Shown here: one piece after another, positions 23,521 to 36,900 of the stretch
Layout: the number at the start of each line of letters is the position of its first letter
How positions within the stretch are numbered: position 1 is the stretch's first letter
From: Octopus sinensis
Taxonomy: Eukaryota
Length of the DNA: 64,000 nucleotides
Direction: 5' to 3'
Assembly: GCF_006345805.1 (NCBI RefSeq)
Contig: NC_043005.1
Span: 55,428,001 to 55,492,000 of the forward strand
Program-made: the position numbers and the translations under genes
The notes under the pieces: generated by a model
What the model was told of the DNA's origin: nothing
The model's database searches: none
The model's input: only the letters and a program-made list of their open reading frames with translations

Positions 23521-23645
23521 CAAAATGAATAAACGCTTCACTGTAACTGTATGGTGAACAATATATTTTGCATTGTGGTTTGTGAAAAAGTATGGTGATT
23601 ATTATTATTATCATTCTTCTTCTTCTTCTTCTTCTCTTCTTCTTC

Positions 23646-23691
<46 letters not shown>

Positions 23692-25229
23692 TTTTTTTTT
23701 TCTTCTTTCAAATTTGCTTCCATTTCTTGCCGAGTGTCTTCCCGACTCCTAGGGCAAAGAAACTCATAGCATACATTGGTAGGCCATTAAACCAAACTCA
23801 GTAGTTCGTTCATTTTTTTTTTTTTTTAAATTAAATTAAAAAAAAGTTAAATTAAAATACATGAGCAGCAACAGTTCTCACATCGACAATGCTCTTCTCA
23901 ATACGTGTGATGTACCAGTTAAGACAATCTTTTGCACTTCTTGCAGGGATGGTAAGCCAGGGATCATTCTCATATAATTTTCGGTTCCCTTCTTGATCAT
24001 TCCTAGTGCTCCTACGATCACTGGTAGTGTAACCGCCTTGAGATGCCACATTTTCTCAATTTCAATGAGTAGGTCTTTATATTTTCTGAGCTTGTCAAAC
24101 TCTTTCGCTGAGATATTATGATCACAGGGGATGCTCATGTCGATCAATAAGCAAACTTTATTGTTTTGGTCTTTCACAACAATATCTGGTTTATTGGCCT
24201 TGATGGTTCGGTCTGTATGTACTGGAAAGTCCCACAGAATGGTTACATTTTCTCCTTCAGTTACAGCCTCAGGGTGGTGATTATACCACTTGTCGGCAGT
24301 TTTGATATTGTAATGCCGACTTATTAGCCAGTGGAGATATTGGCCAACTCTGTCATGTCTTAATTTATACTCCACTGGTGCTAAGACTTTACATCCAGAG
24401 ATTAGGTGGTCCACTGTTTCAATCATGTCGTTGCAGAATCGGCATTTTGGGTCTGCTCCATTTTTCATCACATTGGCCTGGTAGTTCCGGGTTAATAGGC
24501 TTTGATCTTGAGCAGCCAGGATGAAACCTTCGCTCTCTGCTTTTAGCCTGAGCTCCGTAGCCACTGATGGGTTTGCTTCTGGTCAACATCAGCTTGTTTG
24601 CTGCGGGTCACATATTTGCCGTGCAGAGGTTTCTCCTCCCACCTATCAGCCAATTACTTGTGCGCTTTCTTCATTGCCATCATTTTCACCTTCTTTGCAA
24701 CAATAGTTGCCGTACTTCCCTCGGGTTGTTCAGTTTGGGTATCCTGCACGAGATCAATAGCAAATTTTTTGCTTTCCTTTATGATAGAATGAAGCTTCTT
24801 TCGTCTCTCGTGATTTTCCACGAGCTTTAGCATCCAGTCATTCGATATTTCGAGATATTTGGCCAGTCCAATTGTGGTTGTTTTGTAAGCTAGTTCAAAT
24901 TGGATCAGGCCTCGACCTCCTTGGGCTCTGGGAAGGTAAAGGCGATCTACGTCTGCCTTTGGGTGGTGCATCCTATTACAACTCAGCAGCTTGCGTATTT
25001 TTCTATCTATATTCTTTACTTCACTCATAATCCAGTTCAACACATTGTAGCTATAAGTAACAACTGGAACTGCTAAGGAATTTATAGCTAACACCTTGTT
25101 ACGTGCATTTAGTTCAGATTTCAGGACTGCACGAACTCTCCTATAACATTCCTTCCTGATTTTCTCTTTCATGCTTGCATGCTGAATACCAGAGCCTTCA
25201 TTTATCCCTAAATATTTGTATGTTTGTTC

Positions 25230-25232
<3 letters not shown>
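23692..25232 (-). mobile_element. 5'-truncated R4/Dong-clade non-LTR retrotransposon inserted in (TAA)n
   Basis: YKYLG RT end, CCHC finger CRFC...HLISGC, RHD, PD..D restriction-like endonuclease (KPDIVV...LLIDMS) and KLRKY. (ATT)n tracts flank both sides. Confidence 0.92.
23878..25215 (-). pseudogene. R4-clade ORF C-terminus (RT thumb, zinc finger, RLE endonuclease), disrupted around 24560-24660
   Basis: ORFs 24654..25172 and 23878..24564 in the provided track. Confidence 0.9.
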
Positions 25233-25278
<46 letters not shown>

Positions 25279-25309
25279 GATTATTATTGTTATTATTATT
25301 ATTGTTTGA

Positions 25310-25565
25310 GGATGCATAGCCTAGTAGTTAGGGTGTTGCACTCCCGATCTTGCGATCATGATTTCAATTCCTAGACTGGCTGGTGCATTGTGTTCTTGAG
25401 CAAGACATTTCATTTCACAATACTCTGCGATCACTTTGACACCTGATGCATGGCACACTGTGCACCTGTTCAGAGGCAATGGCAATTTGATGGAGAGAAC
25501 AAGATAATGTGTAGCACTCACATTTCATCACTATAAACAAATCATTTGTTCAGATCATTTGGAAA
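25310..25565 (+). mobile_element. Family-C tRNA-derived SINE (degenerate)
   Basis: tagcctagtagttagggtg...gatttcaattcc...tgtgttcttgagcaagaca; related copies at ~32520-32810, ~52629-52945 and ~62575-62845. Confidence 0.65.
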
Positions 25566-25674
25566 GACTGAATGCTAATGCAAGAATCCATCATGTACAC
25601 CCAGTCCATATTGCTAAGATTTTGTCAATAAAGAAATCCAACTTTTAAAAACTATTCCTGGGAAAAGGAAAATT

Positions 25675-26072
25675 GCTGTGTGGTTAAGAAGCTCAGTTTC
25701 TCAATCATGTGGTTTTTGGTTCAGTTCCACTGTTTGGCACCTTGGGCAAGTGACTTCCACTATAGCCCTTGACTGATCAAAGCCTTGTGAATGCATTTGG
25801 TAGACAGAAACTGAGCGGAAGCTGGCCATGTATGTACATATGTGTGTGTGTGTGTGTGCATGTGTGCTTGTGTTTGTATCCACACCCAAAGCTTGGAAAC
25901 TGGTGTTGGTTTGTTTCTGTTCCTGCAACTTAGTGGTTCTATAAAAAAAAGTCTGTTAAAACAGGTACCAGATTTAACAAATAAGTAATGGGGTTGATTT
26001 GTTCGACTAAACCCTTCAATGTTCTACCCCAGCATGGCCACAGTATAATGGTCAAAATAAGTAAAATATAAG
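25675..26072 (+). mobile_element. Diverged family-A SINE
   Basis: Head, (TG)n centre and 3' half are recognisable. Confidence 0.8.
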
Positions 26073-26204
26073 CATAATAACAAAGATTGACAATTTTTCA
26101 TCCATTGGTGGTGGTGGTGGTGGTGGTGGAGGTGGTGGTGGTGGTGGAGGTGGTGGTGGTGTCGGCAGCAGCGGTGATGGCGATGATAATGATGATGATG
26201 ATGT

Positions 26205-26235
<31 letters not shown>

Positions 26236-26766
26236 CGTAGTGGTGATGATGATGGTAGAGATAATGATGAAAAAGGTGGTGGGATGGTGGGGGTAAGGGT
26301 TGGTAGTGGTGGTGGTGGCGGTAGGGGTGGTAGTGGTGGTGGTGGTGGTGGCAGTGGTTGTGGTGGTGGTGGTGATGATTATGACAACACAACAGTAATG
26401 GAGGTGGTGGTGGTGGTGGTGGTTGTGACAGTGATAATAATGAATATGATGATGATGGTGGTGGTGGTGATAACGATGATGATGATTGTGATGATACTGG
26501 TGATTGTAATGAGAGTGGGGTGGCAGCAGTTGGTGGCAGGTAGTGGTGACAGTGCTGGTTAGTATAGCGTACTTAGAGACGACAGACAGGTAGTTAACAA
26601 GATAGATTGATTGATACAGCCAGGCAGATAGATTGTTACCTGCATACATTAATAGAGAAATAGATAGGTTCGTAAAGAGAGCAATACATCAATACATATA
26701 TAAGATTGTACAAATATAGTACCAACCCACACAAATACATATAGACCTTCATATACACACACACAA

Positions 26767-26797
<31 letters not shown>

Positions 26798-26874
26798 CAT
26801 ATATATACGTTTATATATATGTATATATATATATATTATATTGTATATATTATATATATATATATATATACATG

Positions 26875-26907
<33 letters not shown>

Positions 26908-27089
26908 TTTTATGCTCAATGTAAATTCATTTGTCTATATATATATAAATAACTATATACCTGTGCATATCCGATTATCTTCTGAATATATTTAGTTACA
27001 CATATCTATTTCTCTCTATATATCTATATGCTGTGTGTGCGTGTGCATGTGAGTGTGTGTATATATATATGTGTGTGTATGTATATATA

Positions 27090-27352
27090 TGGCCGTTGCC
27101 AGCCCCGCCCCGACTGGCCCCCGATCGTGGCCGATCGTGGCCGTTTGCCAGCCTCGTCTGGCACCTGTGCAGGTGGCACATAAAAAGTACCCACTACACT
27201 CTCGGAGTGGTTGGCGTCAGGAAGGGCATCCAACTGTAGAAACACTGCCAGATCGGACTGGGCCTGGTGCAGCCTCCTGGCTTCTCAGACCCCAGTTGAA
27301 CCGTCCAACCCATGCTAGCATGGAAAACGGACGTTAAACGATGAGGATGATG
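27090..27352 (+). mobile_element. 5'-truncated family-D element (terminal module only)
   Basis: gtggcacataaaaagtacccactacactctcggagtggttggcgtcaggaagggcatcc...acgttaaacgatgaggatgatga. Confidence 0.9.
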
Positions 27353-27427
27353 ATATATATATGATATATATATATATATTATATATATATGTATGTATGT
27401 ATGTATGTATATATATATATATATGGA

Positions 27428-27462
<35 letters not shown>

Positions 27463-27542
27463 TATAATATATTATATATATATATATTATATATATATAT
27501 ACATATATATATGTATACATATATATATATATATACATATAT

Positions 27543-27827
27543 TTAATAGGGAAGGCCGGTTTATAGGATTACCCATAAAGGGTTTAGCTTTATTGCCTAT
27601 TGTCAGACCCCAAAATCTGTTGACCTTAGAGCTCTTCAAAATATGGAGGGGAAAAAAACCTCACTATGAAGATAAAAAATATCTTTGTAGTGGGGCTTTT
27701 CCCCCTACATATTTTGAAGAGATTTTAGCCCAACAGGTTTTGGGGGTCTGATAATATGTGATAAAGCTAAACCCTTTATGGCAGAAAACCCAGGTAATCC
27801 CATAAACCGGCCGGCCTTCCCCATTAA
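27543..27827. mobile_element. Foldback MITE-like element bounded by TTAA
   Basis: The whole element is one imperfect palindrome (ttaatagggaaggccgg...ccggccttccccattaa; cataaagggtttagcttta / taaagctaaaccctttatg). Confidence 0.75.
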
Positions 27828-27899
27828 AATATACACTGCTCTACATCTTGGAGTGTGCTTCTTCTCCAGATATATTATCTATCTATCTATATTATATAT

Positions 27900-27955
<56 letters not shown>

Positions 27956-29302
27956 CACATATATATGCATATACATATGTATATATATATATATATATTA
28001 TATATATATATATACGTGCGTGCGTCACACACTCACACATGCACACACACACACACATATACACACACATATGTACATACACAGATGCACTAGTGGTCAC
28101 TTAAGTACTAGTCAATACATCATAATGGCAGAAATACAAATCTTAAGCTACAGAATCAGTAAAATCAGTTATAAAATGCTTTTTAAATTGTCCAATCTCA
28201 AAGTGAAATGCAATTCCTCACCCCTGACTGCATCTCTCTTTGGCAAGCATTAGACTCTTCTGCTGACCAAAGTTACTATAGAGCAATTACTTATTATAGC
28301 AGAAAAACTTAGTTGAATACCATTATTTTAGTCTTGTCATTATCAGTGGAAGGATAAATGAAAACTCTAGATTTATTTCGTCTCGCAAAGTGCGGAGGTG
28401 TAATGGTAGGGTAACCCCCCACTTCCACATACACACACACACACACTCACACATATACACATACATACATGCACACACACAAAAACTGAAAGAAGACAAA
28501 AAGAAATGTAAGAAGAAATTGATTAAAAAGTAGTTGATTTGTCGGTTAGATATGAAATCTGCAGGAGATATTGGGAAATACTTAAAAGTTAGCAGATTAA
28601 AGAAGTGGTATCAAAATAAAGGATAACAAAAAAAAAAAAAATGGGAGAGAGAAAGAAAAAATATGAGGACAGCAGACAGATAGATAATAGGGCAATTGAA
28701 GATACACAAATGTGAATGTGATGGGGATTGAGTAATATAAGCGATTTAATCTTTAAATGTTTATGTCAGCAGATTAGACGCATAGAAATAAATATATGAA
28801 AGACAGACAGACAGACAGTTGCTAATATCACTGCTTTTGTTGGAAGAGTATGGGAAAACAAGAAACAAATAAATGTAGAATGAAATAAAATAAAAATAAA
28901 ACAGAATAAAATAAAATATCTAAGACCAATGTTGACAGAATTATCACTTGAACTAGTGTGAGATTGATAGTCTAGTCAGAAAATGACACGTATGCCTACC
29001 TCTTGGTCATTTGGTTGGAAAGATGCCAGTCTGTCACTTTGTATCCCCTGGGAGATGTCCTTTCACAAACTCATGTCTGGTCACATAATTTCAGCATCAA
29101 ATACATTCACTTTGGTATTTTGTATCCAATTCATCTTAAATCTAATATAGATTTATAGACTAACACTTGTTTATAGTAATATATCACACCAGACTACAGC
29201 TAACAAATGTCTTTATATCCATACAACTATAGATGTATGCGCACATGCATACATACTTTTTATACATACATACACATACATACATATATATATATAAATA
29301 TA

Positions 29303-29367
<65 letters not shown>

Positions 29368-29676
29368 GTATATATATTATATATATATTTATGTGTGTGT
29401 GTATGTATATTGTCTATATATGTTTGTATGTATATGGTCTTCATAAAATACATTTTTTTACATATCTCTGTAAACATAATATCTACACATAAATCTATTG
29501 ACATACATAAACAATGTTTTTTTTATGTAAAAAGATTGTAAACCCATAAAAGCAATATCTATGTCTGCATACATACATACATACATACATACTACATACA
29601 TACATACATACATGCATACATACATATATACATACACATACATACATACATACTTATGTACATACATGCATACATT

Positions 29677-29738
<62 letters not shown>

Positions 29739-30434
29739 TATGCAAACACAGGTATGTACATGTTAGTATGTACTGGCATGTATATATGTATGTATATGTA
29801 TGTATATATGCATATGCACACACATATATTTACATACATTTGCAAATGTATGTATGTGTTTGTGTGTGTGTGTGTAGTGCGATGTGTAAAGTTTAGGAAG
29901 ACTTGTTCTATCTTTTCAGAAACATAACACCCTCTCTAGTGTTGATGTCATAGAAAAGTACACCAAGTACACCAAGTACACCTTATAAAGTAAGACAATG
30001 TCAGAAAGGGTATCCAGCCATGGAAACCAACCATAAAAAATTTCCCTTATATATCAGATATCAGACATGGTCCCCCCAACTAACCAGCAGAGTTGCAGAT
30101 CATCATCATCATCATCATCATTATTATAATCACCATCACCATCATCATCATCATCATCATCACTATCGTTATCGTCGTCATCATCATCATCCTCATCATC
30201 ATCTTAACGTCCAATTTTCCATGCTTGCATTGGTCAGAAGGTTGTTATTGATGCAGATTTACTGATGCCTTTCCTGTTCTAGCAGAATATTGAGAATGAG
30301 TGATACTGCTTTTACAATTACTATGTGATGTCAAGACAAAGAGACACAAACATAGGACACTCACTTTCACACACACACACACACACACACATAAATCTAT
30401 GTATGAGTGTGTATATATATATATATATATATAT

Positions 30435-30805
30435 ACTACATATGTGGGAAATTCTGTCTGTGGGTGTATTTCTGGAGTTGTTAGCTAACTCCTCCTACAT
30501 CGTTTTATCAATTTTGATGAAATTTGACACATGAGTAGAACTGATGACTGGAAAGCTCATGGTATACTCAGATTGTTGAAAAAAAAAAATCGATAATAGG
30601 GCCCCTGGAAGGGATCCTTTTATATATGTCTAATATATTTTATTTTAAAAGTCTAGGGAAATAACCCATTTCCCCCAGAATGGATCCTTATATACAGCCA
30701 AGGGAAATAACCTATTCATATTCCTAAATTATTTGGTAAAAATGAAATTGAGCATGCTTATTTCTTAGTATTTGAACTGTTAGTTATTTTTGCAATTTAT
30801 CTAGT
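30435..30805 (+). mobile_element. Possible Helitron/Helentron-derived non-autonomous element
   Basis: Follows (TA)n, contains ctgtctgtg and caattttgatgaaatttgacaca (a motif recalled from DINE/HINE-like repeats), and has ctag near 30801. Confidence 0.25.
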
Positions 30806-31344
30806 ACAACCCTTAAACAAGTAAATAGTAATTTCGTAAACAACAGATCCACTTATTTTGGTTAGTGGCCTATTCACGAATATACCAACACTAGCGCCCT
30901 TGAGGGTAATATTCTCTGGGAATGCGCCAAAGGCTTTTTCAGAGTTATTTATTTTGAATTGTTATTATCTCATATCTGATTAGCCTGTTATTATGTAACA
31001 TGCTTCATGATTTTAGTATACATACCTTATTAGTATTTCTTCCTATGTTCTATATACTCTGGGAACACATTAAAGCCCCTTTCAGTGCTACTTTATTTGA
31101 ATTCATACTATCGGGTCGCTAGTTTCATGTTATTACATAACTGACTCTACAATTTGGGTATTCATAACTTATTGGGAATTCCTAAAAACAAGATCCTGTG
31201 TAAGACAGTTTGGTATTTTCTGTAAATGCACAAAAACCATTTTATGGGCTACAGGCTTACATACTTTGTATTGTTGTTATTGGATTAGTGAAACAATTAT
31301 GAGAACAGAACGAAGGGATAAGCCCCACTTTCCTGGGAATTACC

Positions 31345-31500
31345 ACTAAGAAAAAATGTTCTCAAGAAAATTTTAGCAAATGCCAGAATGTAAGTGAGCA
31401 AAACACATGAAGAGAAACAAGCTAGATCTCTTTTCATTTGTCTTACTCACTTACATTCTGGCATTTGCTAAAATTTTCTTGAGAGCATTCTTTTCTTAGT
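31345..31500. repeat. Near-perfect ~54-bp inverted repeat (long hairpin)
   Basis: ctcaagaaaattttagcaaatgccagaatgtaagtgag / ctcacttacattctggcatttgctaaaattttcttgag is a perfect 38-bp core. Confidence 0.9.
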
Positions 31501-31683
31501 AGTAATACCATAGCGGATCTACTTCTAGCATATGGATGTCCACGTAGTGGTCATCCCCTCTTATATGTAAGTATCACAATTTTTTCTGTATCTTCAGATT
31601 TTAATATGCTAGACCACTTGTTTTAAATTGATATTAATCAAATTAATATTCAATTTTTGACCCTTATTATTTAAAATTTACAT

Positions 31684-31749
<66 letters not shown>

Positions 31750-31896
31750 GTCATCAACGTTTAATGTCCGTTTTCCATGCTAGCATAGACGAATTAGGTA
31801 CTTAAGTTGAGATACCAGAATTTAATACGGTATTATACATACAGTTTGAAAATAAGGTGGTTAAAATCAAAATAAGCAACAGGATATCCAGAGGTA

Positions 31897-31984
31897 ATGC
31901 AGTACAATCGTTTCAAGGGACTCCATTTAATTCAACAATGCAACCATTATATAAATTTAAATGCAGAGCAATCCTCAGCTGCAT
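31897..31984 (-). ncRNA. Degenerate type-I hammerhead ribozyme motif
   Basis: Minus strand ATGCAG-CTGAGGA-..long stem II..-GAAA-C gatt G-TA-CTGCAT. Stem I is a perfect 6 bp and the site is GUA, but the base of stem II is mismatched. Confidence 0.5.
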
Positions 31985-32348
31985 AAATACATAGAATTAA
32001 ATTAAATTAAAACAGATGGACTCAATAGTATAGTTTTATCTAAAATCTCAAAGAAGTTAAGGAGATAGACAAAGAACATGCTTTCTCCACTTCAGCTTAG
32101 AAGCTACTAAGGTATCAGGAAGAAAGAGTTGTAAGAGATCTAGCTTGTCACATAGATATATATATATATAAAATAAATAATATAATTTATATATACACAT
32201 GCATATATGGGTACAGGACGTCGTCAACGGTGCAAATAATATGAAATACGTAAACAAGGAACAAAGGAAAAACAGGACAAGTTAATACCGAAAAAGGACC
32301 CTTCATCAGTTGTCAGTCGTCTATCTACAGCTCATTTTGAGACATATG

Positions 32349-32387
<39 letters not shown>

Positions 32388-32995
32388 CATACATATATAT
32401 CTATTTATACATACATACTTATATAAATATTTATATATGCATATATACATGTATATATACATATATATCTATGTATATATTTATACATACATACACACAG
32501 ACATATATGTATATGCAGACATGGCATAATGGTTAAAAATGTTTGCATTGCAACCATTAGATCCCAGTTTCAAACCCATTGTTTGACAACTTGAGCAAAT
32601 GTCATTTGCATGCATTTAGATCTACCTAAATTTCATGAGTAGAACTGCATAGACAGAAATTGTTTAGGAACCCATGAAATGGACACTATCCTGTAACTGT
32701 AATTCAATGGTCTGGTCTAGTCACACTGTTTCATATACATCTGAGGCGCATTCAACCACTTTGCATACTAATTCTTTCATGAGCCATTCAGTTGATCACA
32801 AACAACTGGAAACTACATGTATATTTATGTCTCTGTGTGCATAAATTTATGACAATATGTCTGTTAACATATTTACATATATATATATAGACCCACCACA
32901 CACACACAATATATATACATATATATTATATATATATATTATATATTATATATATATACATATATACACACATATATATATAGATAGATATATAC

Positions 32996-33030
<35 letters not shown>

Positions 33031-33097
33031 ATATATATATATATATACATATATACACACATATATATATAGATAGATATATACATATATATTACAT

Positions 33098-33147
<50 letters not shown>

Positions 33148-33746
33148 TATATATATATATAATATATGCCATGTATGTATGTTATACAATAACATGAATA
33201 AATTTTGAGTAGTTATACTGAAAATACTTTTTCCATGCAAGGTGATTAGCAACTGAGCTCAATGAAAGTAGAAAACAATGAGATTTCGATCAATATATAG
33301 ACAATGATATATAAGTGCATGTAATATGAAGAGACACTTGAAAATAAAGTGAAGCCAGATATTGAAATAAGTATATCTATATGTATACAATGTAATCAAT
33401 CTCCAGACGCTGTCGCTGGCTCTCTGATACTCGGCAAAGACTGAACATGCACAGAGCTCTGCATATACATACAAACACATGCAGATACATACAAACACAT
33501 GTACAGACATAAATGCACACACACACACATACAAACACACTGCATATATGCATATGTATATATACATATATACTTACGCACACACACACACATAAGTAAT
33601 ACATATACTTATGTATTATATATACATACATTATCACAGACACAGACACAAATACATATATATATATGTAAAAGTTCAAAGAAACGATGTACAGCCACAG
33701 CAAGCATCTATCTTTCTTGTTCTCTGTCTATTTATCTAACTCTCTG

Positions 33747-33806
<60 letters not shown>

Positions 33807-33807
33807 A

Positions 33808-33881
<74 letters not shown>

Positions 33882-33939
33882 ACTATTATCTATCTATCTA
33901 TCTATCTAACTATTATCTATCTATCTATCTATCTAACTA

Positions 33940-36900
33940 AACAACAACAACAACCACAGGAAAAACCACAAAAACCAGCATTATTGCCCACACCACAGTA
34001 TGGACGGCTAATAAAGAAGCTATATGCAGAAATGCATGAAAAGTAACAAAGAACGGACCAACCCAACCAAACAACACCACCACCTGCGCCAAGAACAGAA
34101 TCATCACCACCAACAACAACCAAACCAATTCCAACACCGAGAACAACAACGAAGAAGACAAGCACCAAGGATGTAGGAGAGACAATCACCACACCAAACC
34201 CCCCAGCATCACCCCCCCGCACACCACAACAATATCTACAACCGCACAAACAGACCCAGATGCTTTGCCCTTACCTCCTTCTGATTCGTCAGACTTTTCA
34301 TCTAACGATGAAAGTTCGACAGAATGGCAAATAGTCATCGGGGGTAAAAGAAAAAGATTAAAAAAAACAAACAAGAAAACGCAACCAAAGCAGGGAGATA
34401 CCTGAACCCTGAAAGCTCCATACACAACCAAACAAGCACGAACACCACAAAAATACACACAATGCTATCAGCGATAGACACCAAAGACTCCAAACTAATG
34501 GTGTACATCACAGCCCACACAAACATCTGTGAAGATGACTTCAAAACTAACAACCATCTACGCACTACACCACCCAAACACATCAAAATACTACACATCA
34601 CACAAACACAACACCACACACTCAAAGCCCTCTTTCCAAATGCGGTTGGGGGGTTTCAAAAATACCTTTCGAAAAAACTCTATAAAAACCTCCTCCAAGA
34701 CACATCAAAGGACGAGGAAGCCAAAACTTTCGACACAAGTAAGTAACTCTCTGTACCTTCCTTTTTGTGTTTTAAAGCACACACCCCAATAGAATCATGG
34801 TCAAGATTGGTTGTGTGAATGTGCATGGCTTGGGGTCTCCTTGGAAACAAGGATACCTCCTAAATGACATCAAGTCACACGATTTGGAGACCAGACTCCA
34901 CGAGCCACGGGCCCTAAAGTCCATGTTTGGCGGACAGTTTAACATTTATTTTGCTCCCTGTCTGCCGAGGATGGGCGGTAGTGGCACCGTGGTACTTTTT
35001 CAAAAGAGCCTGGATCTCGAAGTCAAGATGATATTCGAAGACCCGGAGGGTAGACTGGTTGTTCTGGATGTCGACGGCAGCAATGGGTGAGCTTTTCGAC
35101 TCGTATCAGTCTACGCACCGCCTTTAACAGGTCGGCCGGATCTCTTTCGACGTCTAGAATTATTCCTGGGAACGTCTCGTCCTTTACTTTTAGTGGGGGA
35201 TTGGAATGCTACCTTGGACACGCATCTAGACTATGTGGGGAGAGACAAAAACAGAAGGGGATGCAAATGCCTCAGAAACCTGCTCAGACGATTCCAACTG
35301 TCTGACAGGTACCGACTCGACCACCCAAATGCACCAACATGGACATGGAGCAACCGCAGTGGGTCGTCGAGATCGTATCTAGATAGGATACTGTGTAGGA
35401 CAGTAGACAGGGATAACTTAGGATGTCCACAATTCCACACAGTCAGCTACACGGATCACAAATTCGTGACGTGTACGCTAGACTTAAATAAGGCACATAG
35501 ACAGGGTCCTGGTTACTGGAAACTGAACCCATCTTTCCCGTTCAGACAGGTTTTCAGAGACAGAATCAACACATTAGTAAAAAGGGCTTTAACGGGAGCC
35601 ATTGTCAACAACAAATGGTGGTTCGCCCTCAAGAGAGCAGTAAAAGCGGAAGCAATTAGATATAGCAAGACACTAGCCGTAGATAGAAATAGAGTGGAGG
35701 GTGAGTTAGTTAAGAAGTTAGAAGAGGCAATAAGAAGCGGCATCACATCCGACGTTTTAGCGGCGAGGTTAGCCCTTGACCAACACTTCAACGCCAAACA
35801 CAAAGGGTGTGCTGTCAGGGCTAGGATGCGTGCTCTAAGGATGGAAGGTGTTGGAGCCGCGAGGGACGCCCGGGTGGCGGAGGCGCAGCAGGGCAACAAA
35901 GCCACCATTCGGTCTCTGGTAGATGAACAAGGGCGTGAATTGCTCGAGCCCAGCAAGATGTGCGAGACATTTCAGCGGCACTTTGCCCGGCTGTACGGGA
36001 CGAGTGGTGAGCGTGAACGCAGGGTGGACTTCAGTGCCAACCTGCACAGCCTACCACGACTCTCGGCAAGAGAGGCAGAGTGCTGTGAAGGTGCCATCAC
36101 GGCGGCGGATGTGCAGGACGCGATGGCAGAATGCTCGAGAAACAAATCGCCGGGTTTGGATGGTCTGCCCTACGAGTTTTACAATTGTATGCCAGACTTG
36201 TTTGGAGACGTCTTGGCAGCGGTATACTGCAACTGGCAGCAAAACGGGAGCATACTCGGTTTTGTGAGTCGAGGAGCCGTAACGCTGCTGAAGAAAAATC
36301 CAAACAAGGGGAACATTATAGATAACTTTAGACCAATCACTCTGCTCAATGCAGACCTGAAAATTTTGACCAAGGTGTTAGCCAAGAGGTTGGCGCTTGT
36401 CATCAAGAAACTGGTCGAAAACGCACAAACGTGCGCCGTGCCGGGCCGGAGCATCCATGACAACCTCCATCTGATGCGCTACATCATAGACAGAGTAGTT
36501 AAGGAACCTGGCATGGGTGGGGCCCTGATCAACTTGGATCAATCGAAAGCCTTCGATAGGGTAGACCATCGATACTTGGAGGCAGTCCTGAGAGCGGCTG
36601 GTTTCGGTCTTGTCTTCCGCGGCTGGATAGCTGCCTTGTACAGAGGCATCCGTTCGGTAATTCGCGTAAATGGACATCTATCGATACCTTTCGACATTGC
36701 ACGTTCGGCGAGACACTGAAAGACTACGAAGTGGTGACAGGAGCAAAAATCAACCGGGAAAAGTTAGTGGGCTTGCGGCTCGGCACCTGGAGAAGCAAGC
36801 CCATGCCGTCCACCAGTACCTCCGTCGTGGGACGCTGGACGGACGGCCCGGTTGAGTTGCTCGGGGTCTGGTTCGGTCCGGACCTCCAAATGGAGAAGAA

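Noticed and set aside
28995-29135. Possible minus-strand exon ending at a GAG|GTAGGC donor
   Set aside because: All three frames contain stops over the plausible span, and there is no good acceptor.
30532-30570. CTGATGA-ctg-GAAA hammerhead-like string
   Set aside because: There is no room for stem II, and stem I is not adjacent to the core.
35513-36677. Antisense and alternate-frame ORFs within the Tx1 element
   Set aside because: Shadow ORFs of a GC-rich coding region.
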